Assembly: GCA_963771275.1 (NCBI GenBank)
Contig: CAVYSW010000003.1
Span: 864,001 to 928,000, forward strand
Source: an uncultured Gemmatimonadales bacterium
Lineage (GTDB): Bacteria; Gemmatimonadota; Gemmatimonadetes; Gemmatimonadales; GWC2-71-9
Reading direction: 5' to 3'
DNA: 64,000 nucleotides
Shown in pieces: positions 7,783 through 18,448 of this stretch. The notes beneath the pieces are model-generated. The model was not told where the DNA came from and did no database searches. It was given only the letters and a program-made list of their open reading frames with translations. Position 1 is the stretch's first letter. Each line of letters begins with the position of its first letter. The translations under genes were made by a program, and so were the position numbers.

Positions 7783-9939
7783 TCAAGGCGGCGGCTTGGT
7801 AACGGCGATCGGGCGGTGGGCGGTAAAGGACTGACCGGTCAGCAGGTCCGTCACGGTGATGAACACGCGATAGGAGCCGGCTTTCAGGCCCGGCAGCTCA
7901 AGGCGCACATGCTCGACCACGGCGCCGTCGCCACGGGGCACGCGACCCACGTCCCACTCGACCCGGTTCTCATGCCGACCCTCGATGAGCGCGCGCAGAC
8001 CTTGAATGAGCACGATCTCGTGGCGCTCATTGGCCAGCTCGGCCCGGATGCGATAGCGCGCGACGCCGGTGGAGTCGGTCCGCAACCCGTAGATCTCCCA
8101 CAGCACGCCGATCGGGGCGTCGGTGCGAAAGAGCGATGTGTGCGAAACGACCGGGGCGAGCGCGGCGCGATCGTCTCCCGCCGCGTCCTCCGCGTCGAAC
8201 CGATCCACGAGCAACAGGTCCGAGAGCGCGAGGGTGCTGTCGAACTTGCGCACATCCACGCGCTGCCGGCGCTGCGCCGCGACGTTCCAAGCCACGGCTT
8301 CGAGGCTCACAACGTAGCTCCCCGGCTCGAGCGGGACCCGGGCGTCGAGCAGCGTATCCGCATCGGTCAAGGCCCGCGTCTGCCGCAGGGCGGCCCGCGG
8401 CTCCCAGAGATCGCCGGTCACCACGAACACCCCGGTTTCGATCTGCGGGGCATCCGTGGCCCTCCGCAGCTCTTCCGTGGGAAGACCGCCGTACACCTCG
8501 AGTACGGCTCCCCCGGTGCTGTCGCGGAACACCGCAGCCTGGAAGGGGATGCCGGCCACGAACCGCGGGTACTCCGGCGCGTACACCTCCGGAACACGCT
8601 CCCGCACGTTGCGGAGGTACTCCTCGCTCATGTCCTCGTTGCGGGCCCAGCGGTAGGTGCGCTGGCGGGTGAAGACGAGATCCGGCGAACCGGCTCCATA
8701 GTCCCAGAACTCAAGAAGGCCACTCCCACGGACGACCCGGATCTGGATGGGACGCCCGTAGCGGAGCCACGCGGCTCCGCGGTCCGTCCAGCGCCCCGCG
8801 ATGCCGGACTGCGGTGTCCCGTAGGCGACATCCACGTACGCCAGGCGGGCCAGATGCTCTGCCAGCCGTTCGTTGCCGGGCGTGAGAAACAGGGGGTCGC
8901 GGGCCCGCCAGAACACGTCACCCAGGAGCGCCCGCTTCTCCTCATTGAGAGCCAGGAACGTCACGGAATCGTGAGATCGCAGCAGCTGGGCGGGCTCGAG
9001 CAGGTCATGGCGCAGGGCCGGAGTGGCGCGTTCCAGGGCGAGGGTGAAGGCCGAGTCCGCTCCCTCCTGGCGACCCGTCAGGTGGTACCCGAGGCCGAGG
9101 TAGAGGAGCACGTTGGGGTCATCGGGCCGGCGCCGCGCGAGCTGCTCCACCACCTCGGTGTATTCCTCCCAGCTATCGGCGGCTACCAGGTGCCGCATGA
9201 GCCGGAAGGCGGCGTCCGTCCGCATCGGATCGAGGCGCAATGCCTCCTTGAAGTGCAGGACCATGGACGCGTGATCGGCCTCATAGATGTCGAGGGGCTG
9301 CCAATTAGCCATCAGCTCATCGAACACGTCCGGGCAGTAGTAGTTGTACAACAGCAGATTGGCCCGCGGTAAGGAGGAGAATCGGCCCCACGCCAGCTCG
9401 GCGCTCTGCGGCCACAGGATCTGCGAGCAGCTCCCGATGCTGAAGTCGGAGTTGAGCTCTCCGAGGTGCTCGGCGTCCTCCCACCACGTCTCGTAGGCCA
9501 GCGCCATCTGGTAGTGCATCTCGGCGAGATCCTCGGGGGGAAGCACGAGGCCAGCGGTGCCCGCCCGGCCCTCCGCCATGCGCATCAGCCGCACGGCATC
9601 GGGCCGGAACCCCTGCTTGCGCAACAGCATGCCCATCTCGAGCAGCGGGCGGGGGTCGTCGTCCCGCATGCGCATGGCTTGCTCCAGGTACTTCTTGGCC
9701 TCGACGCGCTGGCGCCACCCGGTGCTGCGCTCGGTAGTCGAGCGCGCGAGTGCCTTGCCAAGGGCGAACACGAGGGGGAAGCTGTCGTGGTGGGCTTTGA
9801 CGTCGGCGCGCAGGCGGGCGAGGACGACCGCGGCGCCGGAGTCCGATTGTGCGCGCGCGGCAGGCAGAACGCAGAGCCCCAGGGCCAACGGCAGCCCGAC
9901 GACCACCAGTCCGAGCAGTGATCTCAGCACGGCCAGCAC
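7783..9939 (-). CDS. GWxTD-domain protein with TPR repeats
   Basis: FWRARDP..LTP.NER..EH..R..Y, GRWTDRG...LRYG.P, LSDLLL; TPR-like helices; N-terminal signal. Confidence 0.8.
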   Translation of the reverse strand: MLAVLRSLLGLVVVGLPLALGLCVLPAARAQSDSGAAVVLARLRADVKAHHDSFPLVFALGKALARSTTERSTGWRQRVEAKKYLEQAMRMRDDDPRPLLEMGMLLRKQGFRPDAVRLMRMAEGRAGTAGLVLPPEDLAEMHYQMALAYETWWEDAEHLGELNSDFSIGSCSQILWPQSAELAWGRFSSLPRANLLLYNYYCPDVFDELMANWQPLDIYEADHASMVLHFKEALRLDPMRTDAAFRLMRHLVAADSWEEYTEVVEQLARRRPDDPNVLLYLGLGYHLTGRQEGADSAFTLALERATPALRHDLLEPAQLLRSHDSVTFLALNEEKRALLGDVFWRARDPLFLTPGNERLAEHLARLAYVDVAYGTPQSGIAGRWTDRGAAWLRYGRPIQIRVVRGSGLLEFWDYGAGSPDLVFTRQRTYRWARNEDMSEEYLRNVRERVPEVYAPEYPRFVAGIPFQAAVFRDSTGGAVLEVYGGLPTEELRRATDAPQIETGVFVVTGDLWEPRAALRQTRALTDADTLLDARVPLEPGSYVVSLEAVAWNVAAQRRQRVDVRKFDSTLALSDLLLVDRFDAEDAAGDDRAALAPVVSHTSLFRTDAPIGVLWEIYGLRTDSTGVARYRIRAELANERHEIVLIQGLRALIEGRHENRVEWDVGRVPRGDGAVVEHVRLELPGLKAGSYRVFITVTDLLTGQSFTAHRPIAVTKPPP

Positions 9940-10349
9940 CTCGCGTCGGCGCTCTGCGGTGCGTCTCCCACGTTGAGACTAGCATGAGCCGTGCCTGACC
10001 CAGCGCTGCCATCTAAGGCATAGGCGGTCAAGAGCTTACGTCGTTCTGCGTGCTCCAGGATCGGCGCGGCGGTGTCCTCCACAGAGGACTGTGGCTTGTC
10101 CCGTTTGGTCCTCGTCGCGTCACGGTCCGTGGCCGGTTTCCGGTCGGCGGTGAGGCAGGCGCCTATCCCGGTGCCCAGGTCGTGGCGCCCGCCAGCAGCT
10201 ACGTGTAGCTTCGCGCTCTCGGTCTCGTTCCCTTCGCAGCCGGAGACTCCCATGAGACGCTACCCCGATAGTCGTCATCGCCGTTCTTCGCGCTCACCGC
10301 CTGCGCCGGCGGCCAGCCGCGCCTCACGCCTGGAGAGGGCTACGTCGAG

Positions 10350-11198
10350 ATGCCGGGCGGGCGGGTGTGGTACCGGGTGGTGGGCACGGGCCCCGGCACG
10401 CCGCTCGTGCTGCTCCACGGCGGACCCGGCGCGCCGAGCTACTACCTCGATCCGCTCGCGGCCTTGGGCGACGACCGCCCGGTCGTGTTCTACGATCAGC
10501 TCGGCGCCGGCCGCTCGGACCGCATCACCGACACGACGCTCATGACGGTGGCGCACTACGTGGCGGAGCTGGACAGCCTGCGCCGTGCCCTCAAGCTCGG
10601 GCAGTTCCATCTGCTCGGGCACTCGTGGGGCACGATGCTCGGCGCCGAGTACGCGCTCGCGCACCCCGATGCCGTGAAGAGCCTCATCCTCGCGAGCCCG
10701 GCCCTCAGCACGGCGCGCTGGCTGGCCGACGCCGACACCCTGCTCGCCACCCTGCCCGATTCGTTGCAGCGGATCATCGCCCGGCACGAGGCGGACGGCA
10801 CGTTCGACGCCCCGGAGTACCAGGACGCCGTGATGGCGTTCTATCATCAGTATCTCTCGCGCCGCGATCCGTGGACGCCGGAGACCGACACCACATTCGC
10901 GCAGCTCGGCATGGCGGTGTACGGCTACATGTGGGGGCCGAGCGAGTTCACCGCGACCGGGACGCTCAAGGAGTTCGACGTGACGGACTCGGTGGGGATG
11001 ATCCGCGTGCCCACGTTGTTCACGACGGGCGAATACGACGAGGCGCGGCCGGTGACCGTGCGGTACTACGCAAGCCTGATCCCGGGCGCCGAGGTCATCG
11101 TCATCCCGCGCGCGGCACACCTCACGATGCAGGATAGTCCAGAAGAGAACATCCGGATTGTGCGGCAGTTCCTGCGAAGGGTGGACGCGACAAAGTAG
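10350..11198 (+). CDS. pip: Proline iminopeptidase family alpha/beta hydrolase; 5' signal region frameshifted
   Basis: LLHGGPG, YDQLGAGRS, GHSWG, MWGPSEF..TGTL, GEYDE, AAH. The frame extends upstream through a lipobox LTAC to a stop at 10269. Confidence 0.88.
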   Translation: MPGGRVWYRVVGTGPGTPLVLLHGGPGAPSYYLDPLAALGDDRPVVFYDQLGAGRSDRITDTTLMTVAHYVAELDSLRRALKLGQFHLLGHSWGTMLGAEYALAHPDAVKSLILASPALSTARWLADADTLLATLPDSLQRIIARHEADGTFDAPEYQDAVMAFYHQYLSRRDPWTPETDTTFAQLGMAVYGYMWGPSEFTATGTLKEFDVTDSVGMIRVPTLFTTGEYDEARPVTVRYYASLIPGAEVIVIPRAAHLTMQDSPEENIRIVRQFLRRVDATK

Positions 11199-11270
11199 GC
11201 GCCCGCGGCGTCGCAGCATGCCGCTGAAGCGGCCACTCGGCGCGACCTGCCCGTGAGACGGGCGGCGCGC

Positions 11271-12926
11271 CTACCCCAGCGCGATCTCCAGCTTCGTCAC
11301 CGACGCGGGCGGGAACGTGTACAGGAGCGGTGCACCACGAACGGCGACGTCCGCCTGACGTGGCGTGATCGCGTCCGGCCGCTCGAACGTGTTGACGTCG
11401 TGCGGGTCACGCGCGGTGAGACTGGTGGCGCGCACCGTCCGCACCGTCGCGCCGCGCACGGCGATCTCCGTCTCGCGCGGCTCCGTGAGGTGCGGGTTCG
11501 TCACCGTGAGCGTGAGCCGCCGGTCCGCCAGCGAGGCCGAGCCGTTCAGGCCCCAGATCTCCCGCGCGGCCTTCTCCGCGTTGGTCCAGCGCACCCTGGC
11601 GGCTGAGAAGACAGCGCGCACGGCCTGCGCGGCCTGATGGGGCGCGTACATCGCGAACACGTGATAGCTCGGCGTCCGGACGAACCGGTCGCCGTCGGCC
11701 AGGAACAGCGAGTGGATACAGTTCACCAGCTGGGCGAGGTTGGCCATCGCCACCTTGTCGGCGTGCCGGTTGAACGTGTCGAGCGTGAGCGCCGCGACCA
11801 GCGCGTCACGGATGGTGGACTGCTGGCCGAACAGATGCTCCGGCGCCACGTTGGTCGTCATCTTGTGCCACGCGCCCCACTCGTCCACCACGAGCGTGAC
11901 CCGGTGCTCCCTATCCACCTCGCGCATCACCTGCCAGTGGTCGGTGATCAGCCCCTCCATGCGGTCGGCGCTCGCCAGCAGATCGTACCAGTCGGTGTCG
12001 GAGTACTTCACGGCCTCGCCGCCGGCGCTGCAGTAGTGGTGCAGCGCCCAGCCCCACATTGAGCCCACGGCATTCCGCTCCCGGAGCGCGCGGAAGAAGC
12101 GGCGCGTCCAGTCCACGTCGCCGCCGCTCGGACCGGCGCCGATGAACGACAGCGGCTGCCCGTAGCTCGGCACCGCCCACGTCGAGAAGCGCCGGAACTC
12201 GGCGGCGTATTCCTCCGGGGTGAAGTCGCCGCCGCAGCCCCACGACTCGTTGCCCACGCCCCAGTAGCGGATGCCGAGCGGCTCCTTCTCCCCACCGGCC
12301 ACGCGCACGTCGGACCACGTCGTGCTCCCCGCCGGCGAGTTGCAGTACTCGATCCACTGGTGGAACACGCTGGCGGGGAGCGTGCGGACGTTGGCCGCGA
12401 GGTAGGGCTCGGCGCCGATCAGCCGGCAGAACCGCGCGAACTCGTTCGTCCCGAACGCGTTCGGGTCGAACCGCTGGGGGATGTTCCCCAGGTCGCGGAT
12501 CTCGCGGCTGTCGGCCCAGGTGTTGGTGCGGCGGGGCCGTCGCTCGCGCGGGCCGACGCCGTCCCGCCAGTCGTACCAGTCGGCAAAGCAGCCGCCCGGC
12601 CAGCGCATCACGGCGGGGCGGATCGCCCGCAGGGCGTCGACCAGCTCGCGGCGGATGCCGCCGACGTTGGGTATCGGCGAGTCCTCACCCACCCACACGC
12701 CGTCGTAGATCACCCCACCCAGGTGCTCGATGAAGTGGCCGTAGATCTCGGGCGCGATCGTGCCGATCGGCTCGCCCGGCAGCACCTCGATGCGCGCGTC
12801 GGCGGTACCCGGGCCGGTGCGCCGGTGCGGAATCGGCCACCTGCCCAGGCCAGCCGGCGCGCCCACGGTCGCGAGGCCGCCCGCGGCCAGGACGCGGAGC
12901 ACGTCACGCCGATCCCAGGATCGCAT
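11271..12926 (-). CDS. abfA: GH51 alpha-L-arabinofuranosidase with Tat signal
   Basis: DRRDVL Tat motif, IYGHFIEHLG, RWPGGCFAD.Y.W, FGTNEF, WGVGNESWGCGG, VVDEWG.W, MANLAQLVN. Confidence 0.93.
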   Translation of the reverse strand: MRSWDRRDVLRVLAAGGLATVGAPAGLGRWPIPHRRTGPGTADARIEVLPGEPIGTIAPEIYGHFIEHLGGVIYDGVWVGEDSPIPNVGGIRRELVDALRAIRPAVMRWPGGCFADWYDWRDGVGPRERRPRRTNTWADSREIRDLGNIPQRFDPNAFGTNEFARFCRLIGAEPYLAANVRTLPASVFHQWIEYCNSPAGSTTWSDVRVAGGEKEPLGIRYWGVGNESWGCGGDFTPEEYAAEFRRFSTWAVPSYGQPLSFIGAGPSGGDVDWTRRFFRALRERNAVGSMWGWALHHYCSAGGEAVKYSDTDWYDLLASADRMEGLITDHWQVMREVDREHRVTLVVDEWGAWHKMTTNVAPEHLFGQQSTIRDALVAALTLDTFNRHADKVAMANLAQLVNCIHSLFLADGDRFVRTPSYHVFAMYAPHQAAQAVRAVFSAARVRWTNAEKAAREIWGLNGSASLADRRLTLTVTNPHLTEPRETEIAVRGATVRTVRATSLTARDPHDVNTFERPDAITPRQADVAVRGAPLLYTFPPASVTKLEIALG

Positions 12927-12937
12927 GCGCTCCTCCC

Positions 12938-14701
12938 TCACCCTCGGAAGTAGAGGTAGGCGAGCAGGATCAGGAGCAGCACGGCCCCGGAGCTGATCAC
13001 GTCGCCGCGCGACCAGCTGCCGCGCGATTCGCGGCGGTGCGTGTCGGTGATGGTGCCGTACGTCAGGCCCGCGATCCGCTCGTAGGCCGGAGCCGCCGTG
13101 AGGTAGCTGACACCCACCATGACGGCGACCGACACGAGGAAGATGAACAGGCTGTAGTACTGGAAGTAGACGTTGTTGACGATCCAGAGGAACGACCCGG
13201 GCGCGTAGCCATCGGCGAAGCCTGGGAGGTGGAGGCTCACCGGCGTGTCCACCGCGAGGCGGAACACGCCGAGCACGAACCCCACCACGAGCGCCGCGAG
13301 ACACCCCTTGGCGTTCAGCCGTTTGTGGAACACGCCGAGGAAGAACACCGTGAAGATCGGCGGCGCGAGATAAGCCTGCACGCCCTGGAGATACTCGTAC
13401 AGTCCCCGCGCCCCTTGAATCACGGGAATCCAGGCCAGCCCGATCAGCACCATGACGGTCGTCGCGACTCGCCCGATCCACACCAGTTGATGCTGGCTCG
13501 CACCGGGCCGGATCTTCTGATAGAAGTCCATCGTGAACAGCGTGGAGCTGGCATTGAACACGCCCGCGAGCGAGCTCATCAGCGCGGCGAGCAGTCCCGC
13601 GACCACGATGCCGCGGAGGCCCACCGGCAGGACGTACTTGACCATCATAGGAAACGCGGCCTGCGCCACGAGCGGGACGGCATTGCCGTCCGGTCCCACC
13701 ATGGACTGCAGCGCCGGCACCTTGCCCGACTTGGCGAGCGCCAGCGCGATCATGCCGGGGATGATGAAGATGAACACCGGCAGGAGCTTCAAGGCCGACG
13801 CGAAGATGCTGCCGCGCCGGGCCTCACGCTCATTCGGCGCGCCGAGCGCGCGCTGCACGATGTACTGGTCGGTGCACCAGTACCACAGGCCGATGATCGG
13901 GGCGCAGAACAGCATGCCCAGCCACGGGTAGTTGGTGTTGAAGTACCACGCGACCCGGCCCGCTTCCTTGACCGGCGCCCAGGTGCCCGCCATCCCCGCG
14001 GGGACGAGCGGCTTCCAGAGGTTGAACATGTCGGGGTCGAGCACGGCACGCAGCTCGCTCCAGCCGCCCAGCTTGGCCAGGCCAAACAACGTCAGCACGG
14101 CGGACCCGACGACGAGAATCAGGGTCTGCAGCGCCTCGGTGTACGCCACCGCGCGCATGCCGCCGAGCACCGTGTAGAGGCCGGTGAGCAGCACAACGGC
14201 CATCGAGCCGATCCAGAAGGCGTTGAGCGTGACCGACCCGATGCGCAGCATCATCTCGGGCAGCAGCGTGGCGAACACGATGCCGCCGGCGAAGATCCCG
14301 ACGGCGATCTTGGTGAGGACATAGGCCACCAGCGAGATGATCGACAGCACCCAGCGCGCCGTGGGCGAGAACCGCTTCTCGAGGAACTCCGGCATGGTGT
14401 AGACCATGGACCGGGCGTAGAACGGCACGAACACCCACCCGAGCACCAGCAGGCACCACGCGTGCAGCTCATAGTGCGCCAGGGCCACGCCGCTCGTGGC
14501 GCCCGCGCCGGCGAGCCCCACCAGGTGCTCGGACCCGATGTTGGACGCGAAGATCGACGCGCCGACGATGAACCAGCCGAGGTTGCGGCTGGCGAGGAAG
14601 TAGTCGGCGGCGGTGTCCTTGTTGCGTTTGAACACCCACCAGGCCAGCCCCATGAGGCCGACGAAGTACGCGAGGATGATGAGCCAGTCGAGCGCCGCCA
14701 T
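12938..14701 (-). CDS. Sodium:solute symporter (SSS), probably pentose
   Basis: DYFLASR, SIFASNIGSEHLVGLAG, WYWCTDQYIVQR, LAALMSSL; many TM helices. Confidence 0.93.
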   Translation of the reverse strand: MAALDWLIILAYFVGLMGLAWWVFKRNKDTAADYFLASRNLGWFIVGASIFASNIGSEHLVGLAGAGATSGVALAHYELHAWCLLVLGWVFVPFYARSMVYTMPEFLEKRFSPTARWVLSIISLVAYVLTKIAVGIFAGGIVFATLLPEMMLRIGSVTLNAFWIGSMAVVLLTGLYTVLGGMRAVAYTEALQTLILVVGSAVLTLFGLAKLGGWSELRAVLDPDMFNLWKPLVPAGMAGTWAPVKEAGRVAWYFNTNYPWLGMLFCAPIIGLWYWCTDQYIVQRALGAPNEREARRGSIFASALKLLPVFIFIIPGMIALALAKSGKVPALQSMVGPDGNAVPLVAQAAFPMMVKYVLPVGLRGIVVAGLLAALMSSLAGVFNASSTLFTMDFYQKIRPGASQHQLVWIGRVATTVMVLIGLAWIPVIQGARGLYEYLQGVQAYLAPPIFTVFFLGVFHKRLNAKGCLAALVVGFVLGVFRLAVDTPVSLHLPGFADGYAPGSFLWIVNNVYFQYYSLFIFLVSVAVMVGVSYLTAAPAYERIAGLTYGTITDTHRRESRGSWSRGDVISSGAVLLLILLAYLYFRG

Positions 14702-14889
14702 GATGCTCCTCGATGGTCGTGGAGTCGCGCCGCTGCACCGGGCGCCGGGCCGGGTAGAGAGCCTACACGCAAGCCTCTCCGTGTCAATCGAGGCGGGGCG
14801 CTTCCCCGGCCGTCAGCCCGTGCTGTCGGCTTGCGGGAGGGACGCGCGGCATGGCACCTTTGCCCCGACGCCGGAGGGAGAACGTCGAC

Positions 14890-16023
14890 ATGACACGGTT
14901 CGCCAAGGACCAGATTGGCTACGCGCTCGCCCGGAAGACGCCGCTGGCGCGGGCCGAGGCGATCGAGTTCCTGAAGACGCTGGACATCCGGATGAGCGTG
15001 GGACACTGGTCGGCGGGCGAGTTCTTCGACCGGTTCGCCCCGTTGGGCTATCACTCCGACGATCCCACGTTCACGAGCGACTTCGCAGCGCAGTGCCGCC
15101 GCACCAAGGCGGCCGGGATCGACGCGATCGAGATCCACCAGCACGTGTTCGAGAAGACGCTGAACGGCGAGATCGACTGGCCGGCGGTCGAGCGGGCCAA
15201 AGGGGGCTACCTCGCCGAATTGGGGATGACGATCCCCGCGTGCAACATCAACACGTGGACCAACCCCAAGTTCCGCCTCGGGGGACCGTGCAATCCGGAC
15301 CCGGGCGTACGGCGCGCCGCGCTGGACGAGATCCTGAAGGCGGTGGAGATCTGCCAGGCGCTGGAGATCCCCGTGCTCAGCGTCTGGCCGGGATCCGACG
15401 GCGCCGACTACCACTTCCAGATCGACTACCGCCAGTCGCTCGAGTGGTTCACCGAGGCCCTGGTGGCAGCCAACACGGCCTGCCTCGCGGCCGGCATCAG
15501 GCTCGCGATCGAGCCCAAGCCCTACGAGCCGCGCGAGCTGTACATGATCATCCCGACCGCGGCATCAGCGGTCCTCGTGGCGCAGCGCGTCAACGCGACG
15601 TGCGGCGGAACGAATTGCGGGCTCACCGTGGATTACGGGCACCAGAAGATGGAGGGGACCACCGCGTCGACCGCGTGCGATCTCGCCGCGTACGCCCGCG
15701 TGCCGATCCACAAGTTCGACATCAACGACGCGCGGCAGGGGCGGAACGACCAGGACTGCATCTTCGGGACGATCTCCATCCCCGAGGCGGTGGAGTACCT
15801 GTTCACCACATTCCTGCGCGGCTACCGCGGCTACTACAGCCAGGACCAGTTCACCTACCGGGACGACCCGACGCGCGCGATGGAGCGGAGCATGGTGAAT
15901 TTCGCCAACCTGGCGCTCAAGGCGGTGCGGGTCTACGCGAAGCGCGACGAGCTCGACCGCGCGCGGACCGCGGGCACCGGCCCGGACGTGCTCGATCTCG
16001 TGAGCCCGATCCTGCTGGGGTAG
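14890..16023 (+). CDS. Xylose-isomerase-like TIM-barrel sugar isomerase
   Basis: SD GGAG. Motifs NTWTNPKFRLGG..NPDP.VRR, WPGSDG, IEPKPYEPR, DYGHQKMEG, DIND, NDQD parallel the XylA metal and substrate motifs. Confidence 0.8.
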   Translation: MTRFAKDQIGYALARKTPLARAEAIEFLKTLDIRMSVGHWSAGEFFDRFAPLGYHSDDPTFTSDFAAQCRRTKAAGIDAIEIHQHVFEKTLNGEIDWPAVERAKGGYLAELGMTIPACNINTWTNPKFRLGGPCNPDPGVRRAALDEILKAVEICQALEIPVLSVWPGSDGADYHFQIDYRQSLEWFTEALVAANTACLAAGIRLAIEPKPYEPRELYMIIPTAASAVLVAQRVNATCGGTNCGLTVDYGHQKMEGTTASTACDLAAYARVPIHKFDINDARQGRNDQDCIFGTISIPEAVEYLFTTFLRGYRGYYSQDQFTYRDDPTRAMERSMVNFANLALKAVRVYAKRDELDRARTAGTGPDVLDLVSPILLG

Positions 16024-16026
16024 TAC

Positions 16027-17721
16027 ATGACCCGCGCGTTCACGATCGGGGTCGATTTCGGGACCAGCTCGGTGCGGGCGGTCGTGGTCGACTGCGCCGA
16101 CGGCCGGACCCTGGGGACGGACGCGTTCGACTATCCCTCCGGCGAGCGTGGCGTGCTGCTGGACCCGCGGGATCCGCACCTGGCGCGGCAGCACCCGGGC
16201 GACTACGTGGCCGGCCTCGAGGCGTCGGTACGGGGCGCGCTCGCCGCCGCTCAAGCCGAGCGCGGGTTCTCGCGCGAGCGGGTGATCGGGATCGGCGTGG
16301 ACACCACCGGCTCGACCCCGATCCCCGTGGACGCCGCCGGCCGGCCGCTCGCGCTCGATCCGCGGTGGCGCGGCAACCTCGCCGCGCAGGCGTGGCTCTG
16401 GAAGGATCACACCGGCGCCGAAGAGGCGGCCGCGATCACGGAAACGGCGCGCCGCCACGCCCCCCAGTACCTGGCGCCGATCGGCGGGACGTACTCGTCG
16501 GAGTGGTTCTGGTCCAAGATCTGGCACTGTCTCAAGGTGGCGCCCGACGTGTTCGCGGCGGCCGACAGCTGGGTGGAGCTGGCCGACTACGTGCCCGCGC
16601 TGCTGGCCGGCGTGACGAGCGCCCGCGCGATCGCGCGCTGCGTGTGCGCCGCGGGGCACAAGGCGATGTACTCGGAGGCGTGGGGCGGGCTTCCCTCCGC
16701 GGAGTTTCTGGCACGGCTGGACCCGCGCCTGGCAGAGCTGCGCGGGCGGCTGTACGACAAGGCGCATCCGGCCGATCGGCCGGCGGGGCAGCTCGCCGCG
16801 CCGTGGGCGGCCGCGTTCGGCGTGCGCGTCGGAATCCCGGTGGCCATGGGCGGGTTCGACGCGCACTACGGCGCGGTGGGGGCCGGCGTGCGGCCGGGCA
16901 CGTTCGTCAAGATCATCGGGACCTCCACCTGCGACTGCGCGGTCGCGCCGATGGGCGTCGTGGTGCGCGACATCCCGGGTATCTGCGGGATCGTCGACGG
17001 CTCCATCATGCCGGGCTGCCACGGCATCGAGGCCGGCCAGTCCGCCGTGGGGGATCTGCTCGCCTGGTGGGTGGAAGCAGTCTGTCAGGGGGACGAGGCG
17101 CTCCACACGAGACTCTCCGCGGACGCCGCGCGGCTCCGGCCGGGCGAGAGCGGGCTCGTGGCGCTCGACTGGAACAACGGCAACCGCACGATCCTGGTGG
17201 ACCCGCGGCTCACGGGACTGCTCGTCGGGCAGACGCTGCACACGTCCCGCGCGGAGGTGTACCGCGCGCTGATCGAGGCCACCGCCTTCGGCGCGCGCAC
17301 CATCGTCGAGCGGCTCGAGGAGTACGGCGTGCCAATCGAGCGCGTGGTGTGCTGCGGTGGGATTGCCGAGAAGAACGACCTGTTCATGCAGGTGTACGCC
17401 GACGTGCTCGGCCACCCCATGCTGCTCGCGGGCTCCGCCCAGACGCCCGCCCTGGGCGCGGCGATCTCGGCGGCGGTGGCGGCCGGCACCGCCGCAGGCG
17501 GCTACGACGGGTTCGAAGCCGCGCAGCGCCACATGACGTCGCTCCAGGAGCGACGCTTTACCCCCGACACCGGCGCGCAGGCGGTGTACGACGAGCTGTA
17601 CGGGTTGTACCGCGAGCTGCACGACGCGTTCGGCGGCGTGCCGCGCGCGGGCGCGGACCTCGCGACGTTCATGAAGCGCCTCCTGGCCGTGCGTGAGCGC
17701 GCGGCAGGCGCCGGGCACTGA
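16027..17721 (+). CDS. araB: L-ribulokinase
   Basis: IGVDFGT.SVRA, ARQHP.DY, GIGVDTTGST, LWKDHT, YSSEWFWSKI, CAAGHKA, FDAH, IIGTSTCD, EAGQSAVGD, LDWNNGNR, GGIAEKN. Confidence 0.93.
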   Translation: MTRAFTIGVDFGTSSVRAVVVDCADGRTLGTDAFDYPSGERGVLLDPRDPHLARQHPGDYVAGLEASVRGALAAAQAERGFSRERVIGIGVDTTGSTPIPVDAAGRPLALDPRWRGNLAAQAWLWKDHTGAEEAAAITETARRHAPQYLAPIGGTYSSEWFWSKIWHCLKVAPDVFAAADSWVELADYVPALLAGVTSARAIARCVCAAGHKAMYSEAWGGLPSAEFLARLDPRLAELRGRLYDKAHPADRPAGQLAAPWAAAFGVRVGIPVAMGGFDAHYGAVGAGVRPGTFVKIIGTSTCDCAVAPMGVVVRDIPGICGIVDGSIMPGCHGIEAGQSAVGDLLAWWVEAVCQGDEALHTRLSADAARLRPGESGLVALDWNNGNRTILVDPRLTGLLVGQTLHTSRAEVYRALIEATAFGARTIVERLEEYGVPIERVVCCGGIAEKNDLFMQVYADVLGHPMLLAGSAQTPALGAAISAAVAAGTAAGGYDGFEAAQRHMTSLQERRFTPDTGAQAVYDELYGLYRELHDAFGGVPRAGADLATFMKRLLAVRERAAGAGH

Positions 17722-17743
17722 AGGAAAGGACGGGCGGATCGCG

Positions 17744-18448
17744 ATGATGCGGATTGCCGTGGAGCTGCGCGAGGCCGTCTACCGGGCGAACATGGAGCTC
17801 GTGGAACGCGGCCTCGTGCTCGGCACGTTTGGCAACGCCTCCGCCGTGGACCGCGCGGCCGGCGTCTTCCTCATCAAGCCGAGCGGGGTGCCCTACGATC
17901 AGCTCACGCCGGCGCACGTGGTGGCGGTTTCGCTCGAGACGGGCGAGGTCAGGGACGGCGACTACCAGCCGTCTTCGGACGCGCCAACGCATCGGGAGCT
18001 GTACCGGGCGTTCGCCTGCGGGGGCATCGCGCACACGCACTCGGAATGCGCGACCGCCCTCGCCCAGGCGCGGACGCCCGTGCGCTGCCTCGGGACCACG
18101 CACGCCGACTACTTCCGCGGTGACGTGCCGGTCACGCGGCCGCTCACGCGGGCGGAGGTGGAGGGCGATTACGAGCGCAACACGGGCCTGGTGATCGTCG
18201 AGACGTTCCGCGCGCTGGGACGCTCGGCGGCGGAGGTGCCGGGTGTGCTCGTGGCCAATCACGGCCCGTTCACGTGGGGGAGCGACGCCGACGCGGCCGT
18301 CGAGCACGCGCACGTGCTCGAGTACCTCGCGCGGGTCCAGCTGTGGATGCGCCTGGTGGCGCCCGAGGCACCCGCGCCGGATGCGTTCCTGGTGGACAAG
18401 CACTATCTGCGGAAACACGGCCCCGATGCCTACTACGGGCAGCCGTAG
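17744..18448 (+). CDS. araD: L-ribulose-5-phosphate 4-epimerase
   Basis: TFGNAS, IKPSGV.Y, PSSD.PTH, HTHS, GTTHADYF, YE.NTG, NHGPFTWG, KHYLRKHG..AYYGQ. Confidence 0.95.
   Translation: MMRIAVELREAVYRANMELVERGLVLGTFGNASAVDRAAGVFLIKPSGVPYDQLTPAHVVAVSLETGEVRDGDYQPSSDAPTHRELYRAFACGGIAHTHSECATALAQARTPVRCLGTTHADYFRGDVPVTRPLTRAEVEGDYERNTGLVIVETFRALGRSAAEVPGVLVANHGPFTWGSDADAAVEHAHVLEYLARVQLWMRLVAPEAPAPDAFLVDKHYLRKHGPDAYYGQP

Noticed and set aside
14852..14864. Sigma54 promoter (TGGCAC..TTGC)
   Set aside because: The spacing between the -24 and -12 boxes is wrong.
14613..17696. 1027-aa + strand ORF
   Set aside because: Arg/Gly/Ala-rich off-frame shadow of the isomerase and araB, typical of high-GC DNA.
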